DNA of 32,000 nt from Ktedonobacterales bacterium (GTDB taxonomy: Bacteria > Chloroflexota > Ktedonobacteria > Ktedonobacterales > JADMIN01), in NCBI GenBank assembly GCA_030167145.1, contig CP126532.1, positions 1,500,001-1,532,000 of the forward strand. Reading direction: 5' to 3'. This document shows positions 8,391-16,397 of the stretch, in pieces; the first letter of the stretch is position 1; each line of letters starts with the position of its first letter. The translations under genes were made by a program, and so were the position numbers. The notes beneath the pieces were generated by a model that saw nothing but the letters and a program-made list of their open reading frames with translations, searched no databases and was not told where the DNA came from.

Positions 8391-8442
8391 TGCCAGTGGG
8401 AAGGGAGCGCCGGTAATCGCGCACCGGCGCGACGCCCTGGCA
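8391..8442 (+). promoter_or_regulatory. Nested hairpin in the 5' leader of the 100-aa ORF (candidate cis-regulatory RNA)
   Basis: Outer stem TGCCAG (8391-8396) with CTGGCA (8437-8442). Inner perfect 8-bp stem GCGCCGGT (8407-8414) with ACCGGCGC (8423-8430). The element ends about 10 nt before the SD GGAAAGGGGA and ATG 8466. Confidence 0.3.
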
Positions 8443-8465
8443 GACCACGGAAAGGGGACGGTCCT

Positions 8466-8768
8466 ATGCTGCCCACAAATCATGACGCGCCCGACGTCGT
8501 AGTAGAAAGCGCCACCATCTATCTCGGTTGCACCCGCGACGATCTAGTCGAGGTCGAGATTGTCGCCTGGACCAGTGGGTGCGAGGCCGCCAAGAGCGCG
8601 GGCGCAACCACACTTCCTGATCTCGCCATACTTGACCGCCATGCCCAGGCCGCCGTCGAGGAAGCGCTCAGCCACTACATCCCGCTAGACCTCGCGCGTT
8701 TCCGCGATGTCTATGCGCTGGCGTGGCTCGCTGGCTATCGCGCACAGTGCCGCGCCGTCGCACATTAG
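8466..8768 (+). CDS. Hypothetical small protein (100 aa)
   Basis: SD-like AAAGGGGA upstream of ATG 8466. Amino-acid composition looks normal (not Arg/Ala shadow). I recognised no motif. Confidence 0.5.
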   Translation: MLPTNHDAPDVVVESATIYLGCTRDDLVEVEIVAWTSGCEAAKSAGATTLPDLAILDRHAQAAVEEALSHYIPLDLARFRDVYALAWLAGYRAQCRAVAH

Positions 8769-8801
8769 CAGAGCTATCCGGAGTGTGTTCGCTCGTAATG
8801 A

Positions 8802-10199
8802 TTACGGCTCGCCCGGTTCGTCCAGGCGCTCCGTCAGAGGTTGGGTATTGCCGACCAGCGCCTGACTGATGCGTGACCAGATGCCGCTATCAGCCAGCGG
8901 ACGCGACGGCGACGCGGGGCGCGGCTGGCTCGGCGTCGGCGCGGCGCGTCCTGGTAGCTCCTCTGGTGGCGTGAGGTCCGGCTCCGCGCGCTGCACGGGC
9001 GCTGGCATAGGCATAGAAGCGTGTGTCGCGCCAGGGTCATCTGTTGCTGGGGTCGTCACTGGAATCGTGCGGGTCGGGGCGCTCAGTCGGGGCGCGGGCC
9101 GCCCCACCACTGGCTCGCTCGTGCGCTGGGAATCTGTAGCGTCGGGGAGCGCGTCTGGCGCGGGCGCTGCTGGCGGGGGTGTCTTGACGGGAGTCTTAAG
9201 CGGTAGCGGTGGCATCTCCGGCAGTGCTGGCGGCGCGACCTGCCCACGCGGCCCGGCAGGCGCGTCTGCGCTATTGGCATCGGCGCTGGCGGAATCAGCG
9301 CTCCGCGAACGTCGTAGCGGCTCACTGGCTGCCGCTGGCATACGCGGCGAGGTCAGCGCCATATCGCTGTAGAATGGGCGGTCATACGTCCATTCGATGC
9401 GCGGCAGCCTGGCGGCGGGCACGGGCCGACTGGGGACACGCTGGCGCGGTAACGAGCTAACGAAGGCTTCGGTCGCAGCGATATTGGCCAGCGTTTCGCG
9501 GCGCTCTTCGTCGGTGAGCCGTGAGCGCGAGACCGGACCAGAGCGCGCCGCCGGTGGCAGCGTGTTGCCGGGCATGCTCGCGTTCGCTGTCTGCCCTCCC
9601 GGCTGTGGCGTACTACCCACAGGTGCATCCGCCGTCGCGACCGCTACTGGCCGTCGGGAGGAGAGAGGCCGGGAGGCAGAAGCACTTGCGCCCATAGCAG
9701 TGTTCCTGGCGGGCGGCGCGGTGAGCGTGCGCCGTGCTACAACGGCGGCGGTCGCGGCGGTTGCGGCCAGGGCGGTAGCCGCCAGCCGCACGCTGGAGGG
9801 CGCAGCGGAAGGATCGCGTTCCAGGCCGAACATGCGCCGGATGCCGCGCCCCACCTCGCTCACCTCGCGCTCCGCCAGAATCGCCGACGACCGCGCGGCT
9901 GCCTTCGCATCGCCCTCCACGAGTCGCACCGCCTCCAGCGCCCCTTCGATCAGTTCATCTATCACCGTCGTGAGCGCCGCGCAGTACGCCACGATCACCG
10001 CGAACACGCCAGCGAAGATATGCGTGGGCAGCGGCGGGAAACTATGTGCGATGAGACCGCCTACGATTTCGGCCAGAACGAACGCCGTCCCCCCAGCCAC
10101 GGCAAGTGCGCGCAACACTCGACGCCACGCCAGCAGCAGCACGCCCACGACGTGTTTCATGATATGCCCGGCCAGCCGGATTGCTTCGTAGGCTACCAC
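8802..10199 (-). CDS. 2-TM membrane protein with long Pro/Ala/Ser-rich C-terminal region (hypothetical; paralog of 5862-6422)
   Basis: GGGGAGG SD upstream of GTG 10199. The N-terminal ~110 aa align with the 186-aa protein (KH..., E-x-VG-x-L-x-x-H-x-FPP...TH, Y-x-AA-x-T-x-x-I-x-E). The remaining ~350 aa are low-complexity P/A/S/R. Confidence 0.65.
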   Translation of the reverse strand: MVAYEAIRLAGHIMKHVVGVLLLAWRRVLRALAVAGGTAFVLAEIVGGLIAHSFPPLPTHIFAGVFAVIVAYCAALTTVIDELIEGALEAVRLVEGDAKAAARSSAILAEREVSEVGRGIRRMFGLERDPSAAPSSVRLAATALAATAATAAVVARRTLTAPPARNTAMGASASASRPLSSRRPVAVATADAPVGSTPQPGGQTANASMPGNTLPPAARSGPVSRSRLTDEERRETLANIAATEAFVSSLPRQRVPSRPVPAARLPRIEWTYDRPFYSDMALTSPRMPAAASEPLRRSRSADSASADANSADAPAGPRGQVAPPALPEMPPLPLKTPVKTPPPAAPAPDALPDATDSQRTSEPVVGRPAPRLSAPTRTIPVTTPATDDPGATHASMPMPAPVQRAEPDLTPPEELPGRAAPTPSQPRPASPSRPLADSGIWSRISQALVGNTQPLTERLDEPGEP

Positions 10200-10247
10200 C
10201 CGCGCCTCCCCTCAGCCTCACATGCTCCCATGTTCGTATTCTCGCCC

Positions 10248-10275
10248 ATTGTACCATGCGCGCCCGCAAGGACAA
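10248..10275 (-). promoter_or_regulatory. Sigma70-like promoter (TTGTCC-16-TGgTACAAT) for the 465-aa membrane protein gene
   Basis: On the minus strand, TTGTCC (10275-10270), a 16-nt spacer ending in TGG, then TACAAT (10253-10248). It lies about 45 nt upstream of GTG 10199. Confidence 0.5.
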
Positions 10276-10345
10276 CGCCAACGAGACGGCCCCTGATTCT
10301 TGAACGAACGAGCCGCGGTGTATGGGTGTGAAGTGGGTATGTCGC

Positions 10346-11359
10346 TCAAGACAACTCCCGCGCGTACACCTCCATCACCTCGTCGGCGTCGCTGCCAAAT
10401 CCCGCCCCAGACATCGCATCGCGCAGTATCAGCAGATTCGGCAGCCACATGCCCACCCGCGCCAGGCCGCGCTGCCCGGCCTCTTCGCGCAGCACCAGCG
10501 CCAGCCGCCCGATTCCCTCGGATGCGCCATCCATGTAGCGCACGCGCAGTTCCCCTGGCTCATCCTCGCGCGCCGCCACTTCTTCGATGAGCGCCAGCGC
10601 CTGGATTGTCTGCCACTCCTCCAGCAGATGCACCTGCCCATTCGTCAACGCTCGCCGCAGCGACGGCTCACTCAGCGCCAGCGCCGACCAATCCTCGAAC
10701 TCCAGGCCGCCATTGAAGGGACGCAGATTCGAATGGATCAGCCACTCCCAGATGCGCTCGAAATCCTCTTCGCCCGCGATCATCAGCCGCGCGCCCAGCA
10801 GCATATCCTCGCGCTGCTCCACCGCCTCGGTAGCCTCCCGCACTGGCGATTCCGGCGCGTCTGGTTCCCCTGGATTACCTGCCGCATCGCCGGACAGTTC
10901 CTCTAATGCGGGCGCTTCATAGCGCAGCATCTCCGCCACCCGCGCGAAGCCGAACTTCGCGATCATCTGTTTCGAGGCGACATTCGTCTGCGCGGTAAAG
11001 AGCCGCGCCACCGCCGCGCCCCGCTCGTGCGCCGCCGCCAGCGCCCGCGAGGTCAGCACCCGCCCGATGCCCTGCTGGCGGACAGCGGGATCCACCCGTA
11101 TCCCCTCCAGCCATGCCTCGTCATCGGCGATCATGCGCGTATGCACCACCCCCACCGGGCGACCTGCCAGCACCGCCACCAGCAGCGCGCCGCGCGCATC
11201 TTGCAGCCACGCATCCCAGACGTAGGGAATATAATCGCCATCGCTCCACGTCTGCGCGCAGAATGCCAGCACCGCTTCGCGGTCCTCAGCGCGCGCGGGC
11301 CGCACCACAAGGTCATCTTCCGCCGCTGCGGATGTCCCCATCATATCCGAATCCTTCAT
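10346..11359 (-). CDS. GNAT-family N-acetyltransferase with a second, degenerate GNAT-like C-terminal half
   Basis: GGGAAGGG SD upstream of ATG 11359. The acetyl-CoA motif VDPAVRQQGIGRVLTSRAL is present in the N-terminal half. The C-terminal half (GIGRLALVLREEAGQRGL...) looks like a second GNAT-type fold. The track ORF extends to 11422. Confidence 0.75.
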   Translation of the reverse strand: MKDSDMMGTSAAAEDDLVVRPARAEDREAVLAFCAQTWSDGDYIPYVWDAWLQDARGALLVAVLAGRPVGVVHTRMIADDEAWLEGIRVDPAVRQQGIGRVLTSRALAAAHERGAAVARLFTAQTNVASKQMIAKFGFARVAEMLRYEAPALEELSGDAAGNPGEPDAPESPVREATEAVEQREDMLLGARLMIAGEEDFERIWEWLIHSNLRPFNGGLEFEDWSALALSEPSLRRALTNGQVHLLEEWQTIQALALIEEVAAREDEPGELRVRYMDGASEGIGRLALVLREEAGQRGLARVGMWLPNLLILRDAMSGAGFGSDADEVMEVYARELS

Positions 11360-11435
11360 CGCTACACCCTTCCCGCCTCGCGGCGCTCTGTCTACGCTGT
11401 GCTGCTCTCTCTGTTCTAGCATAGTGCAGCATATC

Positions 11436-11465
11436 TTGCCTTCACCACGCTGATGATGTTACAAT
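11436..11465 (+). promoter_or_regulatory. Sigma70-like promoter of the zur-ZIP operon (TTGCCT-18-TACAAT)
   Basis: TTGCCT at 11436-11441 and TACAAT at 11460-11465, immediately abutting the palindromic operator. Confidence 0.55.
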
Positions 11466-11479
11466 TGAGAACGTTCTCA
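11466..11479. promoter_or_regulatory. Fur-family (Zur-type) operator: perfect 14-bp palindrome TGAGAACGTTCTCA
   Basis: The sequence is identical to its own reverse complement. It directly follows the -10 hexamer and sits 33 nt before the Fur-family gene. A further half-site, TGTTCTCA, lies at 11488-11495. Confidence 0.7.
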
Positions 11480-11511
11480 TTGATACTGTTCTCAATACGG
11501 AGGTGTAACCG

Positions 11512-11949
11512 ATGTTTGACCGATTAACAGCCAACGGGCATAAGCTCACCACGCCTCGGCGGCGTGTGCTCGCCGTGCTGCGTGAGGCGCATGAGCCGTT
11601 GCCTGCGCAAGACATCGCGGCGCGCGCCTGTACCAGCGTCGCCTCTACGTATCGCGTGCTGGCGCTGCTGGTCGAACTGGGCATGGTCAGCGAGGTGGAG
11701 GAAGCAGCGGCAGCGAACAACGGAGCCGAGGGACGCCTACGCCGCTATGCCCTCTGCACGCACACGGGTCATCATCACCACTTCGTCTGTCGCTCCTGCC
11801 ACGCGACCTTGGAAGTCGAATCCGAAGCGCTGGAGCATGCGCTGGCGGATCTGGCAAGTTCCGCCGGGCTGCTCGTCGAACGCCACGACGTGACGCTGCT
11901 CGGTCAGTGCGCGCGCTGCCTCGCCAGCCAGGAAGGAGGCCGCGCATGA
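11512..11949 (+). CDS. zur: Fur-family transcriptional regulator, probably zinc uptake regulator
   Basis: GGAGG SD upstream of the start. An N-terminal winged helix (TTPRRRVLAVLRE...PLPAQDI) is followed by HHHHFVCRSCH...GQCARC metal sites. Its stop overlaps the start of a ZIP transporter gene (ATGA at 11946-11949). Confidence 0.8.
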   Translation: MFDRLTANGHKLTTPRRRVLAVLREAHEPLPAQDIAARACTSVASTYRVLALLVELGMVSEVEEAAAANNGAEGRLRRYALCTHTGHHHHFVCRSCHATLEVESEALEHALADLASSAGLLVERHDVTLLGQCARCLASQEGGRA

Positions 11950-12671
11950 TGCCCGTCTTGCTTTCTGTCGCCACCTTCTTCTCCACCAGCCTGGGCGGCC
12001 TCTTCGCACTGCGCCATCGCGACCGCCTGCATCTGATTCTCGGCTTCACCGCCGGCGTGCTGGTGGGGCTGGTCGCCTTCGACCTGCTCCCCGAAATCTT
12101 CGAGCGCACCGCAAATCTGCAACTCGATCCCGTCATCCCCATGCTGGCGCTGGTCTGTGGCTTCCTGGTCTTCCACATCGCCGAAAAACTGACGCTGATC
12201 CATTCCGCCCAGGAAGAAGCCTACGCCGCGCACAAGCATCCACGTGTCGGCGTGCTCTCGGCGCTGGCGCTCTCTGGCCACAGCTTTCTGGACGGCGTTG
12301 GCATTGGCCTGGGTTTCAAGGTCAGCACGGAAGTCGGCATCATCGTTGCGATTGCCGTCATCGCGCACGACTTCTCCGACGGCCTGAATACCGTCACGCT
12401 GATGTTGGTGAACCATAACACCAGTCGCCGTGCGCTGGCGCTGCTGCTGGTGGATGCGCTGGCCCCCGTCTTTGGCGCGCTCTCCACGCTATTCTTCACC
12501 ATCCCAGATCGCGGGCTGCCGCTCTATCTGGGTTTCTTCGCGGGCTTCCTGCTCTACATTGGCGCCAGCGACATCCTCCCCGAAGCCCATAGCCAGAAAA
12601 GCACCATCACGACGATCATCTTGACGGTGCTGGGCACGCTCTTTGCCTTTGTGGTCACGCGCTTCGCCTGA
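11946..12671 (+). CDS. ZIP-family divalent metal (zinc) transporter
   Basis: Polytopic membrane protein with ZIP-like HSFLDGVGIG and AHDFSDGLNT motifs. Its ATG overlaps the Fur-family gene stop. Confidence 0.8.
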   Translation: MMPVLLSVATFFSTSLGGLFALRHRDRLHLILGFTAGVLVGLVAFDLLPEIFERTANLQLDPVIPMLALVCGFLVFHIAEKLTLIHSAQEEAYAAHKHPRVGVLSALALSGHSFLDGVGIGLGFKVSTEVGIIVAIAVIAHDFSDGLNTVTLMLVNHNTSRRALALLLVDALAPVFGALSTLFFTIPDRGLPLYLGFFAGFLLYIGASDILPEAHSQKSTITTIILTVLGTLFAFVVTRFA

Positions 12672-12680
12672 GCGCAACCG

Positions 12681-13358
12681 CTACGCCGGAGGTGGGATGC
12701 TGCCCTGGATCGTCGGGTAGTCGTCACCGCGCGGCGCGGGCGCTGGGTTGTACGGCGTATAGGGGGTATAGGGGTCCGCCTGGGGCGGATATGCTGAAGG
12801 CGCTTGGGACATGGGCACGGACGCCGTGTATGGCTGATATGTCTGCCCCGACGCAGGTGTGGGTGGCGTCAAGGCATTCACGCGCCCGCCGCCACCGCTC
12901 CCTCGGCCCAGCAGCCCGCCAAGCGCGCCCATGCCCGCGCCTATCAGCAGCGAGACGAAGAGATTCCGTATGCCGTCAACGACACTCAGCCCCGCGAGCG
13001 CCTGAATCGCACGCGCATGCGCTGGATGTGCCGTCGCCACGTTTCGCGCCGCGCCCGCGAAGATCACCGCCAGCGCAAGCGCCGTTATCCCGGCCAGCGC
13101 GCCCGCGATCATCCCCGCGAACACACCAGACTCCAGCGCATCGGACCGCCGCGCCGCCAGATAGCCAGCAAGAAAGTAGATCACCAGCGCCACGACGAAA
13201 CCCACGACCGCCACGATCAGCGCGCCGCCGTTGCCGCGCGCCGCATGACGAATCGTGCTCGCCAGCCACAGCCGGTTCAGCACCACAAAGATTGCCAGGG
13301 CCAGGCCGAGGACCAGCCCCCACAGCAGAGCAGAGCCGCCGCGCGACCGCTGCGTCAT
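12681..13358 (-). CDS. Hypothetical polytopic membrane protein with Pro/Tyr-rich C-terminus
   Basis: GGAGGTGG SD upstream of ATG 13358 (the track ORF extends to 13394). There are four or more hydrophobic helices, then GSGGGG and a PYTPYTPYNPAPAP tail. Confidence 0.6.
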   Translation of the reverse strand: MTQRSRGGSALLWGLVLGLALAIFVVLNRLWLASTIRHAARGNGGALIVAVVGFVVALVIYFLAGYLAARRSDALESGVFAGMIAGALAGITALALAVIFAGAARNVATAHPAHARAIQALAGLSVVDGIRNLFVSLLIGAGMGALGGLLGRGSGGGGRVNALTPPTPASGQTYQPYTASVPMSQAPSAYPPQADPYTPYTPYNPAPAPRGDDYPTIQGSIPPPA

Positions 13359-13604
13359 AACCAACCACCTCCACAATATGATGATCTGCTTCATAATCCG
13401 TGTCGCGCCGCCAGCAACCAGTATATGGGACGGCGCCCACGCATCATGCTACACCCCCTCCCTTAACGTTTCCTGTGCGATAGATTTGGCTGCCTGGCGG
13501 TACCTGTCTCTCCGATCGCCGCTCTCGCCGTCACGAGACTTGCGCGCAATGGCACAGATGCGGTAGGCTGGCGGTACGATATCGAAACAGTTAGGAGGGA
13601 CGCA

Positions 13605-14798
13605 ATGCTCGTATCTTCCAGCACCATTCACGATGAAGCCGTTGGGCTGACCGACCAGGTGGTCGCTGACCGGCGACACTTTCACCGGCACCCTGAACTG
13701 GGCTTTCAGGAACACCAGACGGCAGCCTACGTCGCCGAACGCCTGCGGAAGCTGGGCGTGGATGAGGTGCAGACCGGCGTGGCCCAGACCGGTGTCGTCG
13801 GCATCATTCGCGGGCCAGCGTCCGGGCGCGTCGTCTTGCTGCGCGCGGATATGGACGCGCTGCCGCTTACCGAGGCCACTGGCGCGCCCTACGCCTCAGA
13901 GAATCCCGGCGTGCATCATGCCTGCGGACACGACGGCCACACCGCCATCCTGCTCTCTGTCGCGGAACTGCTGATGCGCCACCGCGATGAGCTGAGCGGC
14001 ACGGTCAAGCTGGTCTTCCAGCCCGCCGAAGAAGGCCCCGGCGGCGCCAAGCCGATGATCGAAGCTGGCGTCATGGACTCGCCGCGTGTGGATGCCTGTT
14101 TCGGGCTGCATCTCTCCAATAATCATCCCGTCGGCACGATGATCGCCCAGGGCGGCGCGATGCAGGCCAGCGCCGACGAATTCACCCTCATCGTCGAGGG
14201 CGTGGGCGGCCACGGTGCGGCCCCGCACCAGACTGTAGACCCCATCGCCGTCGGCTCCGCCATCGTCGCCGAGCTACAGCGGATCGTCAGCCGCGAGATA
14301 GACCCGCTCGACTCGGCGGTCATCACCGTCGGCGAGTTCCACTCCGGCACCCGCCTCAACATCATCCCCCAGCGCGCCGAACTGCGCGGCACGATTCGCA
14401 GCCTGCGCGACGAGACCCAGCAATTCCTGCATCAGCGCATCCGCGAAGTCGCCACCGGCGTCGCCTCAGCCGCCCGCGCGACCTGTGACGTGCGTATTGA
14501 CAGGCTCTACCCCGTCACCGTCAACGACGAGGAGATGGCCGCGTTCGCCCACTCCGTCGCCGAGACCATCGTGCCGCCGGAGCAGGTGATCTTCGTCAAG
14601 CCGATCATGGGCGCTGAGGACATGAGCTTCTTCCTGCGTGCGGCTCCTGGCTGCTTCGTCTTCCTTGGCTCAGCCAACAAAGAGCGCAACCTGCATCACC
14701 CGCACCACGGCCCGTACTTCGATTTCGACGAAGCCGCGCTGCCGTTGGGCATCGAACTGCTGACAAAGCTGGCGATGACCTACCTGGAACGTCCCTAA
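13605..14798 (+). CDS. M20/M20D-family amidohydrolase (N-acyl-L-amino acid amidohydrolase / hippurate hydrolase-like)
   Basis: AGGAGGG SD upstream of the start. Motifs FHRHPELGFQE, LRADMDALPL, HACGHDGH and QPAEEGPGGA are characteristic of this family. Confidence 0.85.
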   Translation: MLVSSSTIHDEAVGLTDQVVADRRHFHRHPELGFQEHQTAAYVAERLRKLGVDEVQTGVAQTGVVGIIRGPASGRVVLLRADMDALPLTEATGAPYASENPGVHHACGHDGHTAILLSVAELLMRHRDELSGTVKLVFQPAEEGPGGAKPMIEAGVMDSPRVDACFGLHLSNNHPVGTMIAQGGAMQASADEFTLIVEGVGGHGAAPHQTVDPIAVGSAIVAELQRIVSREIDPLDSAVITVGEFHSGTRLNIIPQRAELRGTIRSLRDETQQFLHQRIREVATGVASAARATCDVRIDRLYPVTVNDEEMAAFAHSVAETIVPPEQVIFVKPIMGAEDMSFFLRAAPGCFVFLGSANKERNLHHPHHGPYFDFDEAALPLGIELLTKLAMTYLERP

Positions 14799-15118
14799 TC
14801 CTCGTCCGCCGTTGCCCACCGTCGCACGCGAGAACGCCGGTAGGCAATCGCTGCGGCAATGGAGTACAATGCGGGCATGAGAAAGCAGCGACTCTCTCGC
14901 CTTGATCGTGTCTTCCCGAATACGCAGGCGGATATGTTCTTGCCCGGCGCTCGTGAGGTCTGGCGTCCGCCCTGGCGTCCGCGTGGACGCTGGTGGATGC
15001 GCGCCAGCAGCGGCGGGCCGCGTGATGCGTCGTATATGGTCACTCCGCACCGGCGGCGGCTGGCGCGGGTGGGCCGCGCGGCCTGACCGCACAGCCGGTA
15101 TCGCACGCTGCCGCCACT

Positions 15119-15901
15119 ATGGACGACACCGCCGCGCTCAAGGCGCTCGACATTCACTACGGTCTGGCCTTTGGCTGCCCAGCAGCGGATCTGCGTCGGG
15201 CTGGCTGGACGGTCGTAGCCGCCCGCGACGACTGCGACCCCATGGCCCTGCTCTTTGGCAAGCGCATGCTGCTCTCGCTGCTGCTGCCCGCACCCCTGCC
15301 CGATGTCGCTGCGGTCGCCGCACCACGCAGCGGCGTCGCGCTGGTCGCCTCGGAGCTACGTGCGCCAGTGGCCGCGCTGCTGCGCGAATCTACCCCTGAT
15401 GTGGGCCTTGGCGCCGCCGACATCGCCGCCCTCACTCACCTCATCACACAGCTTGCTCCCACTTCCTCCTTGGAGGCCGCTCACTCGCACATTCGCTACA
15501 CCACTTCCGCCACCTTCAGCCCCTATCGTGGCCCCTGGCAAGAGTGGATCGAGCCGCTCGACGAAGCGGGCGAGACCGATACCACAGCTCTGCGGTTGCT
15601 CGCCACCTATAGCAGCGGCGCCTATGTCGTGCGAAGCGAGGGCGCGATTGTCTCGTATGCCGGGGTGCGCGCGCAATCGCCGTACATCTCTGAGATCACT
15701 GTCCGCACCGATTCCATCGAGTTGCGCGGGCACGGACTAGCGCAAGCAGTCACATCCCGCGCCACCAAGGCCATTCTTGCTGCCGCGCGCCTGCCGCTCT
15801 ATCGCCACCCTGCCGCACACGTCCCCTCACATCGCGTGGCGCGTGCCCTCGGCTACCGCTTCTATGCCGATGCGCTAGAGTTCGTCGCCGCGACGCAGTG
15901 A
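15119..15901 (+). CDS. Putative GNAT-like acetyltransferase (C-terminal domain), otherwise hypothetical
   Basis: The C-terminal ~90 aa (IVSYAGVRAQSPYISEITVRTDSIELRGHGLAQAVTSRATKAIL...) resemble a GNAT acetyl-CoA-binding core. I did not recognise the N-terminal 160 aa. Confidence 0.45.
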   Translation: MDDTAALKALDIHYGLAFGCPAADLRRAGWTVVAARDDCDPMALLFGKRMLLSLLLPAPLPDVAAVAAPRSGVALVASELRAPVAALLRESTPDVGLGAADIAALTHLITQLAPTSSLEAAHSHIRYTTSATFSPYRGPWQEWIEPLDEAGETDTTALRLLATYSSGAYVVRSEGAIVSYAGVRAQSPYISEITVRTDSIELRGHGLAQAVTSRATKAILAAARLPLYRHPAAHVPSHRVARALGYRFYADALEFVAATQ

Positions 15902-15926
15902 ACCAATCACCCTTATGGAGTCGGCC

Positions 15927-16397
15927 TTATAGAGTCGGTGTGGGTGTCGGCGTATCCGTCGGCGTTGGGCTTGGAGTTGATGTCGCCGTCGGTGAGATAG
16001 TCGCAGTAGCAGTGGCCGTCTTTGTGGGCGTGGCGGTCGCCTTGGCTGGCGTGGCCGTGGCCGCTCTGGTAGCGGTGCCCTGCGGCGTCACGGTCAGCGT
16101 GGCTGTTGGCGCCAGCGTTGGACTGAAGGTTGGCGACGGAATCGGCGCCTGCGGCTCGCTCAGCGGCGGTCCATTCGATGCTCGCGCCAGCGATTGCCGG
16201 TATTGCATTCCGAAATATCCCGCCAGCGCCAGGCCGTAGAGCATAATCACCAGCGAGATTCGCAGCGCGTAACGCGCGCTGATCGTGGCATCACCCGGCT
16301 CCGGACGGCGATACCGTCGCACATAGCTCAAGACGCTAAACGCGCCCAGCAAGAACACAATCGCGCTCAACACCGCGGATGTGAGTGCGATGTTCAT
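15927..16397 (-). CDS. Hypothetical 2-TM membrane protein with Thr/Pro/Ala-rich tail
   Basis: GGGAGGGATGGGG SD upstream of ATG 16397. Two hydrophobic helices are followed by about 80 aa of PT/AT low complexity (TPTPTDTPTPTPTL). Confidence 0.6.
   Translation of the reverse strand: MNIALTSAVLSAIVFLLGAFSVLSYVRRYRRPEPGDATISARYALRISLVIMLYGLALAGYFGMQYRQSLARASNGPPLSEPQAPIPSPTFSPTLAPTATLTVTPQGTATRAATATPAKATATPTKTATATATISPTATSTPSPTPTDTPTPTPTL

Noticed and set aside
8431-8442. CGCCCTGGCA resembling the conserved 3' CCGCCUGGGC element of ZTP (pfl) riboswitches
   Set aside because: The sequence does not match exactly, and the characteristic 5' sub-domain (GACUGGCG...ACCGGG) and pseudoknot partners are absent. 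The downstream gene is not a purine or folate gene.
8869-10191. Plus-strand ORFs 8869-9372 and 9397-10191 antisense to the 465-aa membrane protein gene
   Set aside because: Gly/Ser/Ala/Arg low-complexity mirror of a Pro/Ala-rich gene. The minus-strand frame has the SD, the TM helices and a paralog in the window.
11904-13466. Antisense or overlapping ORFs over the ZIP transporter and the adjacent membrane protein (11904-12416 minus, 12692-13360 plus, 12804-13466 plus)
   Set aside because: Highly Arg/His/Asp/Gln-rich, with no start context. The opposite-strand genes have clear family motifs or hydrophobic helices.
14859-15399. Plus-strand ORFs 14859-15086 (75 aa) and 14902-15399 (165 aa) as candidates to fill the gap after the M20 gene
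   Set aside because: Extremely Arg/Trp/Pro-rich, with no SD. The second overlaps the better-supported 15119-15901 frame.
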